From positions 35,018 to 99,017 of the forward strand of contig JAGOQE010000002.1 in NCBI GenBank assembly GCA_017991635.1: a DNA stretch of 64,000 nt. The letters are read 5' to 3'. A model generated the notes under the pieces. The model did no database searches and was not told where the DNA came from. It was given only the letters and a program-made list of their open reading frames with translations. Source of the DNA: Minisyncoccota bacterium (GTDB lineage Bacteria; Patescibacteriota; Minisyncoccia; Phycocordibacterales; Phycocordibacteraceae). The position numbers and the translations under genes are program-made. Below, piece after piece: positions 9,227-17,234 of this stretch. The first letter of the stretch is position 1, and each line of letters starts with the position of its first letter.

Positions 9227-10477
9227 ATGAGGCAATCAGCACTCTTCACCAAAACACGCAGAGATGCGCCTAGTGACGAAACAGCAAAGAACGCCGAACT
9301 CTTGATTCGTGCTGGATTTGTACGAAAGGAGATGGCTGGCGTGTATGCGTATTTGCCACTTGGCTACAAAACGCTACAAAACATCATTGCTGTTATCCGA
9401 GAAGAGATGAATGCCATTGGCGGAGAAGAGGTACTTTTGACATCCCTTCAGGATGCTCTGGTCTGGAAGAAGAGTGGCAGATGGAATGACGATGTCGTTG
9501 ATGTTTGGTTTAAGACTAAGCTCAAAAATGATACTGAACTTGGACTAGCTAATACGCACGAAGAAGCGCTCACGAACTTGATGCGTGATCATATTGCTTC
9601 ATACAAAGATTTACCTCGTGCGGTGTATCAATTCCAGACGAAGTTTAGAAATGAGCTCCGTGCAAAATCAGGCATCATGCGTAGTCGTGAATTTATTATG
9701 AAGGACTTGTATTCCTTCTCTAAGGACAAGGAAGAGCACGACGCATTCTACGAGCAGGCAAGTGATGCCTATACTCGAATCTTCGAGCGTATGGGAATCG
9801 GAGCAAAGACGTACAAAACCTTTGCGTCAGGTGGTTCTTTCAGTAAGTACTCTCATGAGTTTCAAACTGAGTGCGACGCGGGTGAGGACATTATCTATAT
9901 TGATGACGCACAGGGTATTGCCCTCAATAAAGAGGTGTATGACGACAACGAGCTCTTGGAGTCAAACAATATAGTGAAAGATTCACTTCGTGAGGCAAAG
10001 GCTATTGAGGTTGGAAATATCTTTACTCTCGGTACGAAATTTTCTGACGCGCTTGAGCTTTCGTACATGAACGAAGCAGGTGAAAGCGTCCCCGTCTTTA
10101 TGGGAAGCTATGGTATTGGTCCAGGGCGTGTGATGGGAACTATTGCGGAACTGCTCTCTGATGAGAAGGGACTTGTCTGGCCTGAATCGGTTGCTCCATT
10201 TATGTATCACCTGGTCTCAGTCATGCCTCATGACGATGGTGTGCGAGCCTTGGCCGACGATCTCTACAGCGAACTGACTCGTGCAGGAGCAAGTGTTTTG
10301 TATGACGACCGTGATATGCGTGCCGGAGAGAAGTTCGCTGAGAGCGACTTGCTTGGTATGCCGTGGCGCATCACCGTTGGAAAGGATGCACTTGCCGGAA
10401 ACGGATTTGAACTTACTAACCGCCAGACAGGAGAGATGATGCTTATTACCAAGGATGAATTAGTGAGACGTATATAG
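9227..10477 (+). CDS. proS: Prolyl-tRNA synthetase (short form without editing domain)
   Basis: Class II aaRS motifs: SGRWNDDVVDVW, THEEALTNL, FQTKFRNELRAKSGIMRSREFIMKD. Start set at internal MRQSALF. Confidence 0.8.
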   Translation: MRQSALFTKTRRDAPSDETAKNAELLIRAGFVRKEMAGVYAYLPLGYKTLQNIIAVIREEMNAIGGEEVLLTSLQDALVWKKSGRWNDDVVDVWFKTKLKNDTELGLANTHEEALTNLMRDHIASYKDLPRAVYQFQTKFRNELRAKSGIMRSREFIMKDLYSFSKDKEEHDAFYEQASDAYTRIFERMGIGAKTYKTFASGGSFSKYSHEFQTECDAGEDIIYIDDAQGIALNKEVYDDNELLESNNIVKDSLREAKAIEVGNIFTLGTKFSDALELSYMNEAGESVPVFMGSYGIGPGRVMGTIAELLSDEKGLVWPESVAPFMYHLVSVMPHDDGVRALADDLYSELTRAGASVLYDDRDMRAGEKFAESDLLGMPWRITVGKDALAGNGFELTNRQTGEMMLITKDELVRRI

Positions 10478-10479
10478 GT

Positions 10480-11535
10480 ATGGTTAAGCACATCAGTAAG
10501 AATTCAATTTTTTCCCAAGACATTGGTATTGATTTGGGAACGGCAAACACACTCGTCTACGTGCGTGGGCGAGGCATTGTAATGAACGAACCGTCAGTAG
10601 TTGCGGTAAACGATAAGACCGGGCAGGTCGTCGCGGTGGGACAGGGAGCAAAGGTAATGCTTGGGAAAACACCACCACACATCCGCGCAGTACGCCCTCT
10701 TTCACATGGAGTTATTTCTGATTTTGAGGTGACGCAGGAATTGCTGTCGTACCTAATACAAAAGGCAAGTGATGGACGTGCTCGCTTGATTGGTCCTCGT
10801 GTCGTAGTTGGTGTTCCAACAGGAGTTACGAATGTGGAGAGTCGTGCGGTGCGCGATGCAGCACTCTCTTCAGGAGCGCGCGAAGTCTACATCGTTGAGG
10901 AACCAACAGCAGGAGCTATCGGAGCGCTTCTCCCAATCACTGAGGCGAAGGGGACCATGGTTCTTGATATTGGAGGGGGAACAACTGACATTGCAGTCCT
11001 TGCTCTTGGAGGCACGGTTGCCTCAAAGAGTTCTCAAGTTGCTGGTGACCGTTTTAATGAAAATATTATTGACTACGTACGTAGTGAATTTCAGCTTGCG
11101 ATTGGAGAGCGTACTGCTGAAGACGTGAAGATTGATATTGGAGCTGTGATACCTCTTGCCGAAGAACTGTCTCGCCCTGTGCGTGGTCGTGATCTTGCGA
11201 CAGGACTTCCTCGAGAAATTATTCTGACTGACTCACACGTACGTGAAGCACTCTCCGCATCTTTGGATTCCTTGATGGAAGCGCTTAAAGAGGTGATTGA
11301 GAAAACGCCACCAGAACTTCTTTCAGATGTGCTTGAGCATGGCGCGGTGGTGTTTGGTGGAGGTGCTATGCTTCGTGGCTTGCCAGAACTTCTATCAAAA
11401 ATGCTTGGTGTTCCTGTGCGTGTCGCTGACGACCCATTAACCGCTGTCGTGCGTGGCACTGGTATCATTACAGAGGATCCTCGCATATGGGGAGACGTAT
11501 TCATGCATGAAGAAGCGATTCTCGCGAAGCAGTAA
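10480..11535 (+). CDS. mreB: Rod shape-determining actin homolog MreB
   Basis: IGIDLGTANTLVY, DIGGGTTD and the rest of the actin-fold pattern. Confidence 0.92.
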   Translation: MVKHISKNSIFSQDIGIDLGTANTLVYVRGRGIVMNEPSVVAVNDKTGQVVAVGQGAKVMLGKTPPHIRAVRPLSHGVISDFEVTQELLSYLIQKASDGRARLIGPRVVVGVPTGVTNVESRAVRDAALSSGAREVYIVEEPTAGAIGALLPITEAKGTMVLDIGGGTTDIAVLALGGTVASKSSQVAGDRFNENIIDYVRSEFQLAIGERTAEDVKIDIGAVIPLAEELSRPVRGRDLATGLPREIILTDSHVREALSASLDSLMEALKEVIEKTPPELLSDVLEHGAVVFGGGAMLRGLPELLSKMLGVPVRVADDPLTAVVRGTGIITEDPRIWGDVFMHEEAILAKQ

Positions 11536-12253
11536 CAGTGGTCTGTTGACCCCATCCCGCGCACTGTTTGCGGGGCTCCTTGGAGTACTCCTGGTACTTT
11601 TTGGTGTGCGCTCTTTCTTTCCAGATACTTTTGTTGGATTTGTCGCACCACTCTTTAAAGGTGGAGAACAGTTGACCTCATTGTTTGCGGGAGGAGATAG
11701 TGTTCGTGCTGAGCGCGACCAACTCTTGCGTGCCCTTGAGGAGGAGAAGGCGAAGTACGCTGTGCTAGAAGCCACATATACCGACGTGACTGGATTTAGT
11801 CCTGAGGTGTCAGGATTGCTTGCGGGCGTCACCCTTCGTCCTCCTGTCTCACCCTATGACGTGCTCGTGGTTGCACTTGGTTCTGATGCTGGGGTGCGTG
11901 CTGGTATGGTTGCGTACACACGTGCGAATGTGCCCATTGGTACTGTTGAGCAAGTATCAAACACGAGTTCACGCATACTACTCTACAGCGCTCCTGAGCG
12001 TGTGACGTTGGGCTGGGTAGGGGAAGGCAAGGTCCCTGTTTCTCTTGTTGGACGGGGTTCGGGCGCCTTTGTGGGCGAACTCTCAAAGGATAGTCAAATT
12101 GTTGTTGGTGATGGTGTTTTCATCCCAGGTCCTGGAGCACAACTAATCGGACATATTGCAGCTATAGACAATGCGCCTTCGGCGCCGTCAGCGAGAGTAC
12201 AGATACGTCCGCTTGGCAATCCCTTTTCTGTAACGTGGGTGAAGCTTCGCTAG
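11507..12253 (+). CDS. mreC: Rod shape-determining protein MreC
   Basis: Follows mreB; N-terminal TM, coiled-coil, beta-rich C-terminal domain. Start uncertain: the ATG at 11507 overlaps mreB, and an alternative start lies around 11549. Confidence 0.7.
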   Translation: MKKRFSRSSNSGLLTPSRALFAGLLGVLLVLFGVRSFFPDTFVGFVAPLFKGGEQLTSLFAGGDSVRAERDQLLRALEEEKAKYAVLEATYTDVTGFSPEVSGLLAGVTLRPPVSPYDVLVVALGSDAGVRAGMVAYTRANVPIGTVEQVSNTSSRILLYSAPERVTLGWVGEGKVPVSLVGRGSGAFVGELSKDSQIVVGDGVFIPGPGAQLIGHIAAIDNAPSAPSARVQIRPLGNPFSVTWVKLR

Positions 12254-12254
12254 T

Positions 12255-12497
12255 ATGGTGCTCAAGATTTTTATTTTTATACTCTCGCTACTTTCCTTGA
12301 TGTGGTTCCCGTGGCCTCTTACGGTCGTATTGATGTGTCTTGCCGGTCTCGTATTTCCGCCTTTTGCTCTCTTTCTTGGAGTCGTTGCAGAACTTGTATA
12401 CGGAGTGTCGGGGTTTCCTGTTGCGTTCACTACAGGCCTCTCCATTATGCTGGTTTCGTATGCCGTGCGCGTCTTTGTAAAAAAACGTATCATATAG
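12255..12497 (+). CDS. mreD: MreD-like small membrane protein
   Basis: 80-aa polytopic membrane protein in the mreC-mreD-mrdA position. Confidence 0.55.
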   Translation: MVLKIFIFILSLLSLMWFPWPLTVVLMCLAGLVFPPFALFLGVVAELVYGVSGFPVAFTTGLSIMLVSYAVRVFVKKRII

Positions 12498-12500
12498 GCC

Positions 12501-14171
12501 ATGCTACGCAGGTTCTTCAAACGACGACGTTTCCGCGAGGAGCTTGCTCCTGAGGATATTTTTCTTGATGCTTCAAACCTACCTTCATTTAACATCGGAC
12601 AGCTTGAAGGACGATTGGAGAAACCTCTCAAGAAGAGCGCCTTCACTTCACTTGGTATCGCTATCTTTCTTGTGCTTGTGGTCTTGGTAGTGCAAGCGGG
12701 AAGACTCGGTGTTATTGATGGTGAGCGCTACGCACTTCAGAGTGAGCGTAATCGTCTTCGTAATGAAGTAATTTTTGCAAAACGAGGAGCCATCGTTGAT
12801 AGGAATGGTATTCCACTTGCCTATAACGAAGACGGCGAGACTGGTTTTGATGTGCGTACCTATAAGTATCCTGGGTTCTCATCGCTTCTAGGATACGTGT
12901 CGTACCCTAAAAAGGATTCGTCAGGACACTACTACGAAACTGAAATTGAAGGACTCGCAGGTATTGAGGCGTTCTTCGACCAACAGCTTAAAGGCACTAA
13001 TGGACGACTGCTTGTTGAGGAAGATGCGAAAGGGGTAATACAGTCACAGGGTAGTGTTATTCCCGCAACTGATGGAGAAACACTTACGCTCTCAATCGAT
13101 AGTCGGGTACAGGAAGCGTTCTATAGTTCGCTCTCAGAACTTGCTGACCGAATCCCATTTCAAGGAGGAGCAGCGATGCTCCTGGATGTGGAGACGGGTG
13201 AAGTCATCGCCCTTGCTTCGTTCCCTGAGTACGACTCAAACATTCTTTCTAAGGGAGAGAATAGGGAAGTGATCGCTTCGTACAACACTAATCCGAGGCG
13301 AGTGTATCTAAACCGAGCAACGGGTGGACTTTACGCGCCTGGCTCTATCGTGAAGCCTGTAGTTGCTGCGGGTGCTTATAACGATGGCATTATTAGCGCT
13401 GAGAAAATAATCGTCTCTACAGGAGCGCTCACGATTCCAAATCCGTACAATCCAGATAATCCAACGGTGTTTAAAGACTGGAAGGCGCACGGTGCCGTTG
13501 ATATGCGTAAAGCTATTGCAGTTTCGTCTGACGTTTATTTCTACACCATTGGTGGTGGGTTTGGTGATCAGAAGGGGCTTGGTATTGAGCGACTGAAGTA
13601 CTGGTACGAAACGTTTGGGTACACAACGGAAACAGGCATTGAGCTTCCGAGCGAGAAATCAGGTTTTGTTCCTGATCCTGCATGGAAACAGGAGACGTAT
13701 GATGAACCGTGGAGAATTGGTAACACGTATCACACCTCAATTGGGCAGTATGCAATGCAAGTCACACCGCTTGAGGCGTTGCGAGCTGTTGCTGCAGTTG
13801 CTAATGGAGGAAAACTTTTAAAACCTACCTTGATTAAGGATGCGCCTCTTCAAGGAAAATCTATCACCATTTCAAGTGAGGCACTGCGCATTGCACGAGA
13901 GGGTATGCGTCAGGGAGTTCTTGAAGGGACAGCGAAAGGATTGAATGTAGGATTCACTGACATTGCTGCGAAGACTGGTACTGCTGAAATTGGTGCTGCC
14001 AAGGATTATATTAATGCATGGGTAGTTGGTTTCTTCCCGTACGATAAGCCAAAATACGCCTTTGCCGTAGTTATGGAGCGAGGACCTGTTCATAACACGG
14101 TGGGCGGTGTATACGTTGCTGTGACGGCGCTCCAGAAGCTTAATCAGAGCGCGCCAGAATACTTCAAGTAG
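12501..14171 (+). CDS. mrdA: Penicillin-binding protein 2 (elongasome transpeptidase)
   Basis: N-terminal TM, dimerisation domain and transpeptidase motifs (SIVKP..., KTGTAE). Synteny with mreBCD. Confidence 0.85.
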   Translation: MLRRFFKRRRFREELAPEDIFLDASNLPSFNIGQLEGRLEKPLKKSAFTSLGIAIFLVLVVLVVQAGRLGVIDGERYALQSERNRLRNEVIFAKRGAIVDRNGIPLAYNEDGETGFDVRTYKYPGFSSLLGYVSYPKKDSSGHYYETEIEGLAGIEAFFDQQLKGTNGRLLVEEDAKGVIQSQGSVIPATDGETLTLSIDSRVQEAFYSSLSELADRIPFQGGAAMLLDVETGEVIALASFPEYDSNILSKGENREVIASYNTNPRRVYLNRATGGLYAPGSIVKPVVAAGAYNDGIISAEKIIVSTGALTIPNPYNPDNPTVFKDWKAHGAVDMRKAIAVSSDVYFYTIGGGFGDQKGLGIERLKYWYETFGYTTETGIELPSEKSGFVPDPAWKQETYDEPWRIGNTYHTSIGQYAMQVTPLEALRAVAAVANGGKLLKPTLIKDAPLQGKSITISSEALRIAREGMRQGVLEGTAKGLNVGFTDIAAKTGTAEIGAAKDYINAWVVGFFPYDKPKYAFAVVMERGPVHNTVGGVYVAVTALQKLNQSAPEYFK

Positions 14172-14243
14172 TGTTGATTGACGTGTGGGCTGGGGCACGT
14201 ACAATACACACACCACAAACGGTTTTGTAATTATCGTACCTTC

Positions 14244-14714
14244 ATGACTGAGCAAGAAACAATAGTGAGCCAGGAGAAATTTGACGAAATGGTTAAAGAG
14301 CTTGAAACGCTTAAGACCGTACGACGTACAGAAATCGCAAAGAATCTCGAATATGCACGTTCTCTTGGAGATTTGTCTGAGAATGCTGAATACCAAGAAG
14401 CACGTGAGCTACAAGCAGCAACAGAAGAACGCATCCGAAAGCTCGAGGAATTGGTTAAGCGCGCAAAGATTGTCACTGATGGCAAAAAGAAAGATGTTGT
14501 TGGATTTAGTTCTAAGGTACAAATCAAGCGCGAGGGAAGTTCTGAATCTCACGAGTACACCATCGTAGGTTCTGAGGAAGCAGATATGCGTGAGCGAAAG
14601 CTTTCTCACGTCTCACCACTTGGAGCTGCACTCATGGGTAAGAAGAAAGGAGATACGTTTACGTTTGAAACACCAGGAGGTAAGCAGACGTATTTAGTTG
14701 AAAAAGTCTCGTAA
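14244..14714 (+). CDS. greA: Transcription elongation factor GreA
   Basis: 157 aa; the GDLSENAEYQEARE coiled-coil motif and FKBP-like C-terminal domain. Start moved to internal MTEQE. Confidence 0.88.
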   Translation: MTEQETIVSQEKFDEMVKELETLKTVRRTEIAKNLEYARSLGDLSENAEYQEARELQAATEERIRKLEELVKRAKIVTDGKKKDVVGFSSKVQIKREGSSESHEYTIVGSEEADMRERKLSHVSPLGAALMGKKKGDTFTFETPGGKQTYLVEKVS

Positions 14715-14731
14715 GTAATTGTTTGTATGAA

Positions 14732-14760
14732 AAAGGGCGGGTCCTATGGACCCGCCCTTT
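14732..14760. terminator. Bidirectional intrinsic terminator between convergent greA and the 14784..15197 gene
   Basis: 13-bp perfect stem aaagggcgggtcc / ggacccgcccttt with a 3-nt loop, A-tract before and T-tract after, so it can work in both directions. Confidence 0.6.
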
Positions 14761-14783
14761 GCCGTTGGTGATGTCTCGCAACG

Positions 14784-15197
14784 CTAGATCATCAGACCGT
14801 TGTCCCGTGCCCGGAGGCTACGGTTTGCACGCCACCGTGCGAAGCGTTCCCGTTTTCTCTTAGGAGGGAAAAGTCCAGAGAGATTGAGAAGCGCCGTCTT
14901 CAAGGCTCGCTCGAGATCTTCCTTGGGCCCTTGGCGAACCCGGAGTGCGACCATGCGCGCTGAAGAGCGAGCAAAGGTCGGCACGTGGATGTCTCGCGCA
15001 AGCAAGGCCTCGAGGGAAGTCGCCACGCGAAGAAATTTCCCCGGGAAGCGACCCTTCAGACTCGTGAAGAGGGTCGTGGCATTCGTGGGGGCGACAGGGT
15101 CTGCTCCCGTGAGAATCAGCGTACTGGCGCCAAGTTCACGGAGTGAGGCGAGAGCCGAGACAGCGAGTGCGTCGTTCTCGTGTGCAACATACAGCAT
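14784..15197 (-). CDS. Hypothetical protein, GC-rich orphan gene (unknown function, Arg/Lys-rich C-terminus)
   Basis: 137 aa with a protein-like hydrophobic pattern. AGGGGA SD 9 nt upstream of the ATG. Coding region is noticeably more GC-rich than its surroundings. The overlapping plus-strand ORF is Arg-rich antisense noise. Confidence 0.5.
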   Translation of the reverse strand: MLYVAHENDALAVSALASLRELGASTLILTGADPVAPTNATTLFTSLKGRFPGKFLRVATSLEALLARDIHVPTFARSSARMVALRVRQGPKEDLERALKTALLNLSGLFPPKRKRERFARWRANRSLRARDNGLMI

Positions 15198-15488
15198 TAT
15201 AGTTCCCCTAGGTGTCTTCTTTGGGCTAAAGACAACAGTGTGAAAGATCAGTGGTGCCCAAACTAAAACGAGCTTCCGATTTTTGGTCGGAAGCTCGCGT
15301 GAATTTTCAGTGTAGGAGAGTTAATCTGCTGAACGCTCAAGCGAAGTCCCGACCGGACGTAGAAGTCCGACCCAAATAAAGGTGTAGGTGACGTTTGAGC
15401 GCATGCGATTCATGACTGTAGAAGAATAGCGTCAGACCTCGATACGGTCAAATGAAACATACGATTTCTGGGGATAAGGTATGCGTGG

Positions 15489-15534
15489 TGGGAGATTGTG
15501 TCATATACTAGTCTACTAGTGGGATGAAGTGGGA
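15489..15534 (+). promoter_or_regulatory. Putative MraZ operator: three TGGGA direct repeats upstream of mraZ
   Basis: TGGGA at 15489-15493, 15520-15524 and 15530-15534. The last two sit inside 10-bp tandem units AGTGGGATGA and AGTGGGATAT, 28 nt upstream of the mraZ ATG. E. coli MraZ binds spaced TGGGN repeats in its own promoter. Confidence 0.4.
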
Positions 15535-15561
15535 TATTCGCTTCAAACCTAAAAACTACCT

Positions 15562-15996
15562 ATGTTCATCGGAGAATACCGTCACACTTTTGATACTAAG
15601 AATCGCGTCTCACTTCCTGCGAAGTTTCGTAAGGCTATTGGTACCTCCGTCATTGTTACTCGTGGCTTGGACCACTGTCTCTTTGTGTACTCAAAGACTG
15701 CTTGGAAGAAGGAAGCAGAGAAAATTGCTAAACACGCTACAGGAAATGCTGCTGGGCGTGGTCTTTCTCGTTTGATGCTTGCTGGCGCGTCAGAGGCTGA
15801 TGTTGATAGCGCAGGACGTATTCTTGTACCTGATTACCTACGCACCTTTGCTGGACTCTCAGACAAGGCAGTAATTGCTGGTGTGTCAGAGCGCATTGAA
15901 ATCTGGGATGAGAAGGCTTGGGAAACCTACACCAAGGCTATTGAGCGTGATGCAGATATGTTTGCAGAGACCCTCGGCACGCAAGGCGCCCTATAA
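15562..15996 (+). CDS. mraZ: Transcriptional regulator MraZ
   Basis: 144 aa; two MraZ/SpoVT-AbrB-like repeats (DTKNRVSLPAKFR...). First gene of the dcw cluster. Confidence 0.9.
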   Translation: MFIGEYRHTFDTKNRVSLPAKFRKAIGTSVIVTRGLDHCLFVYSKTAWKKEAEKIAKHATGNAAGRGLSRLMLAGASEADVDSAGRILVPDYLRTFAGLSDKAVIAGVSERIEIWDEKAWETYTKAIERDADMFAETLGTQGAL

Positions 15997-16000
15997 CAGT

Positions 16001-16948
16001 ATGAGCACGCACGTATCAGTCCTCCTTGATGAAGCAGTAGAAGCTCTCGACCTTGTAGGCGGAGATGTCGTTGTTGACGCAACTCTTGGTGGTGGGGGAC
16101 ATTTCGGCAAAATCCTTGAACGCTTGTCAGGAGAGGGAACGGCCATTGGTATCGATGCTGATCATGAAGCGATAGAGCGCGCAGAGGCTGTCTCCAAAAC
16201 CTTTGAGAGCAAAGATCTCACCGTGCATCTCGTGGAGAACAATTTCCGTAACCTAGATGAGATTCTCGACTCACTCGATATAGAAGCAATTGACGCGTCA
16301 CTCTTTGACCTTGGGTGGAGCAGTTTCCAACTTGAGCGCGGTCGTGGATTCTCTTTTAAGACAGAAGAGCCACTACTGATGACTTATGGCGAGCCTACGT
16401 CAGGAAAGACTGCAGCGGACTTAGTAAACAGTGCATCAGAGGAAGCACTCTCAGAGCTCATCTACACCTTTGGCGAAGAGCGATTTGCACGAAGTATTGC
16501 AGCAAGTATCGTCACGCTTCGCAAAGAGAAGAGCATTCTCACTACGGGTGACCTTGTTGATGCTGTGATGAAGGGAACTCCACGTTGGTACCATCATCGC
16601 CGCCTCCATCCTGCAACAAAGACCTTCCAGGCGCTCCGTATTGCGGTGAACGATGAACTACAGGTAGTTCGCGAAGGACTTCAAAGCGCACTTACCCGTA
16701 CCCGTCATGGTGGGCGTATTGCCGTGATTACTTTCCACAGTATTGAGGACCGTATCGTGAAGGGAATATTCCGTGACGCACAGTACCAGGGACTTGGCGC
16801 CTCAGTTACTAAAAAGCCGATTGCTCCTTCTGCGGGAGAAATTGCTCGTAATCCTCGAGCACGAAGCGCAAAACTCCGTGTCTTTGAACGCGGTAAGGTC
16901 GCCTCTCTTGGGGAGAAACTTACACAAAGCCGATACACCTATGCCTGA
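16001..16948 (+). CDS. rsmH: 16S rRNA (cytosine1402-N4)-methyltransferase RsmH
   Basis: HVSVLLDEAVEAL...DATLGGGGH SAM motif. Start moved to internal MSTHVSV. Confidence 0.88.
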   Translation: MSTHVSVLLDEAVEALDLVGGDVVVDATLGGGGHFGKILERLSGEGTAIGIDADHEAIERAEAVSKTFESKDLTVHLVENNFRNLDEILDSLDIEAIDASLFDLGWSSFQLERGRGFSFKTEEPLLMTYGEPTSGKTAADLVNSASEEALSELIYTFGEERFARSIAASIVTLRKEKSILTTGDLVDAVMKGTPRWYHHRRLHPATKTFQALRIAVNDELQVVREGLQSALTRTRHGGRIAVITFHSIEDRIVKGIFRDAQYQGLGASVTKKPIAPSAGEIARNPRARSAKLRVFERGKVASLGEKLTQSRYTYA

Positions 16949-17225
16949 CCGAACTATTCCACTTTTGAGTGCTACTGCCATCCTCCTCTTCGTAGGGTAT
17001 TTGGGTCTTATGGTGACCACTATTTCATTTGCAACGTGGCAGACAGAGCTTACGCGTGAAATGCGCGACACTGAAGTGCGTATCGCTTCTCTTGAGGGTC
17101 GCTACTATGACCTCATAAAGACCGTTGGAGCAGAGGACCCAAGCACCTTTGGACTTGTTGAGCCGCGCGCTGTGCGCTACGTTGCTGAGGCTTCTCGCAA
17201 TGACCTCTCACTTCGGGGGGAGTAG
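16941..17225 (+). CDS. ftsL: FtsL-like cell division protein (single TM plus coiled-coil)
   Basis: About 94 aa, bitopic, positioned between rsmH and ftsI. Start at internal MPDRTIPLL. Confidence 0.55.
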   Translation: MPDRTIPLLSATAILLFVGYLGLMVTTISFATWQTELTREMRDTEVRIASLEGRYYDLIKTVGAEDPSTFGLVEPRAVRYVAEASRNDLSLRGE

Positions 17226-17234
17226 TATGGTGCT

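Noticed and set aside
14800-15243. Plus-strand 147-aa ORF overlapping the 14784..15197 gene
   Set aside because: The translation is an Arg/Ser-rich low-complexity string typical of the antisense of a GC-rich gene. The minus-strand ORF has an SD and a bidirectional terminator.
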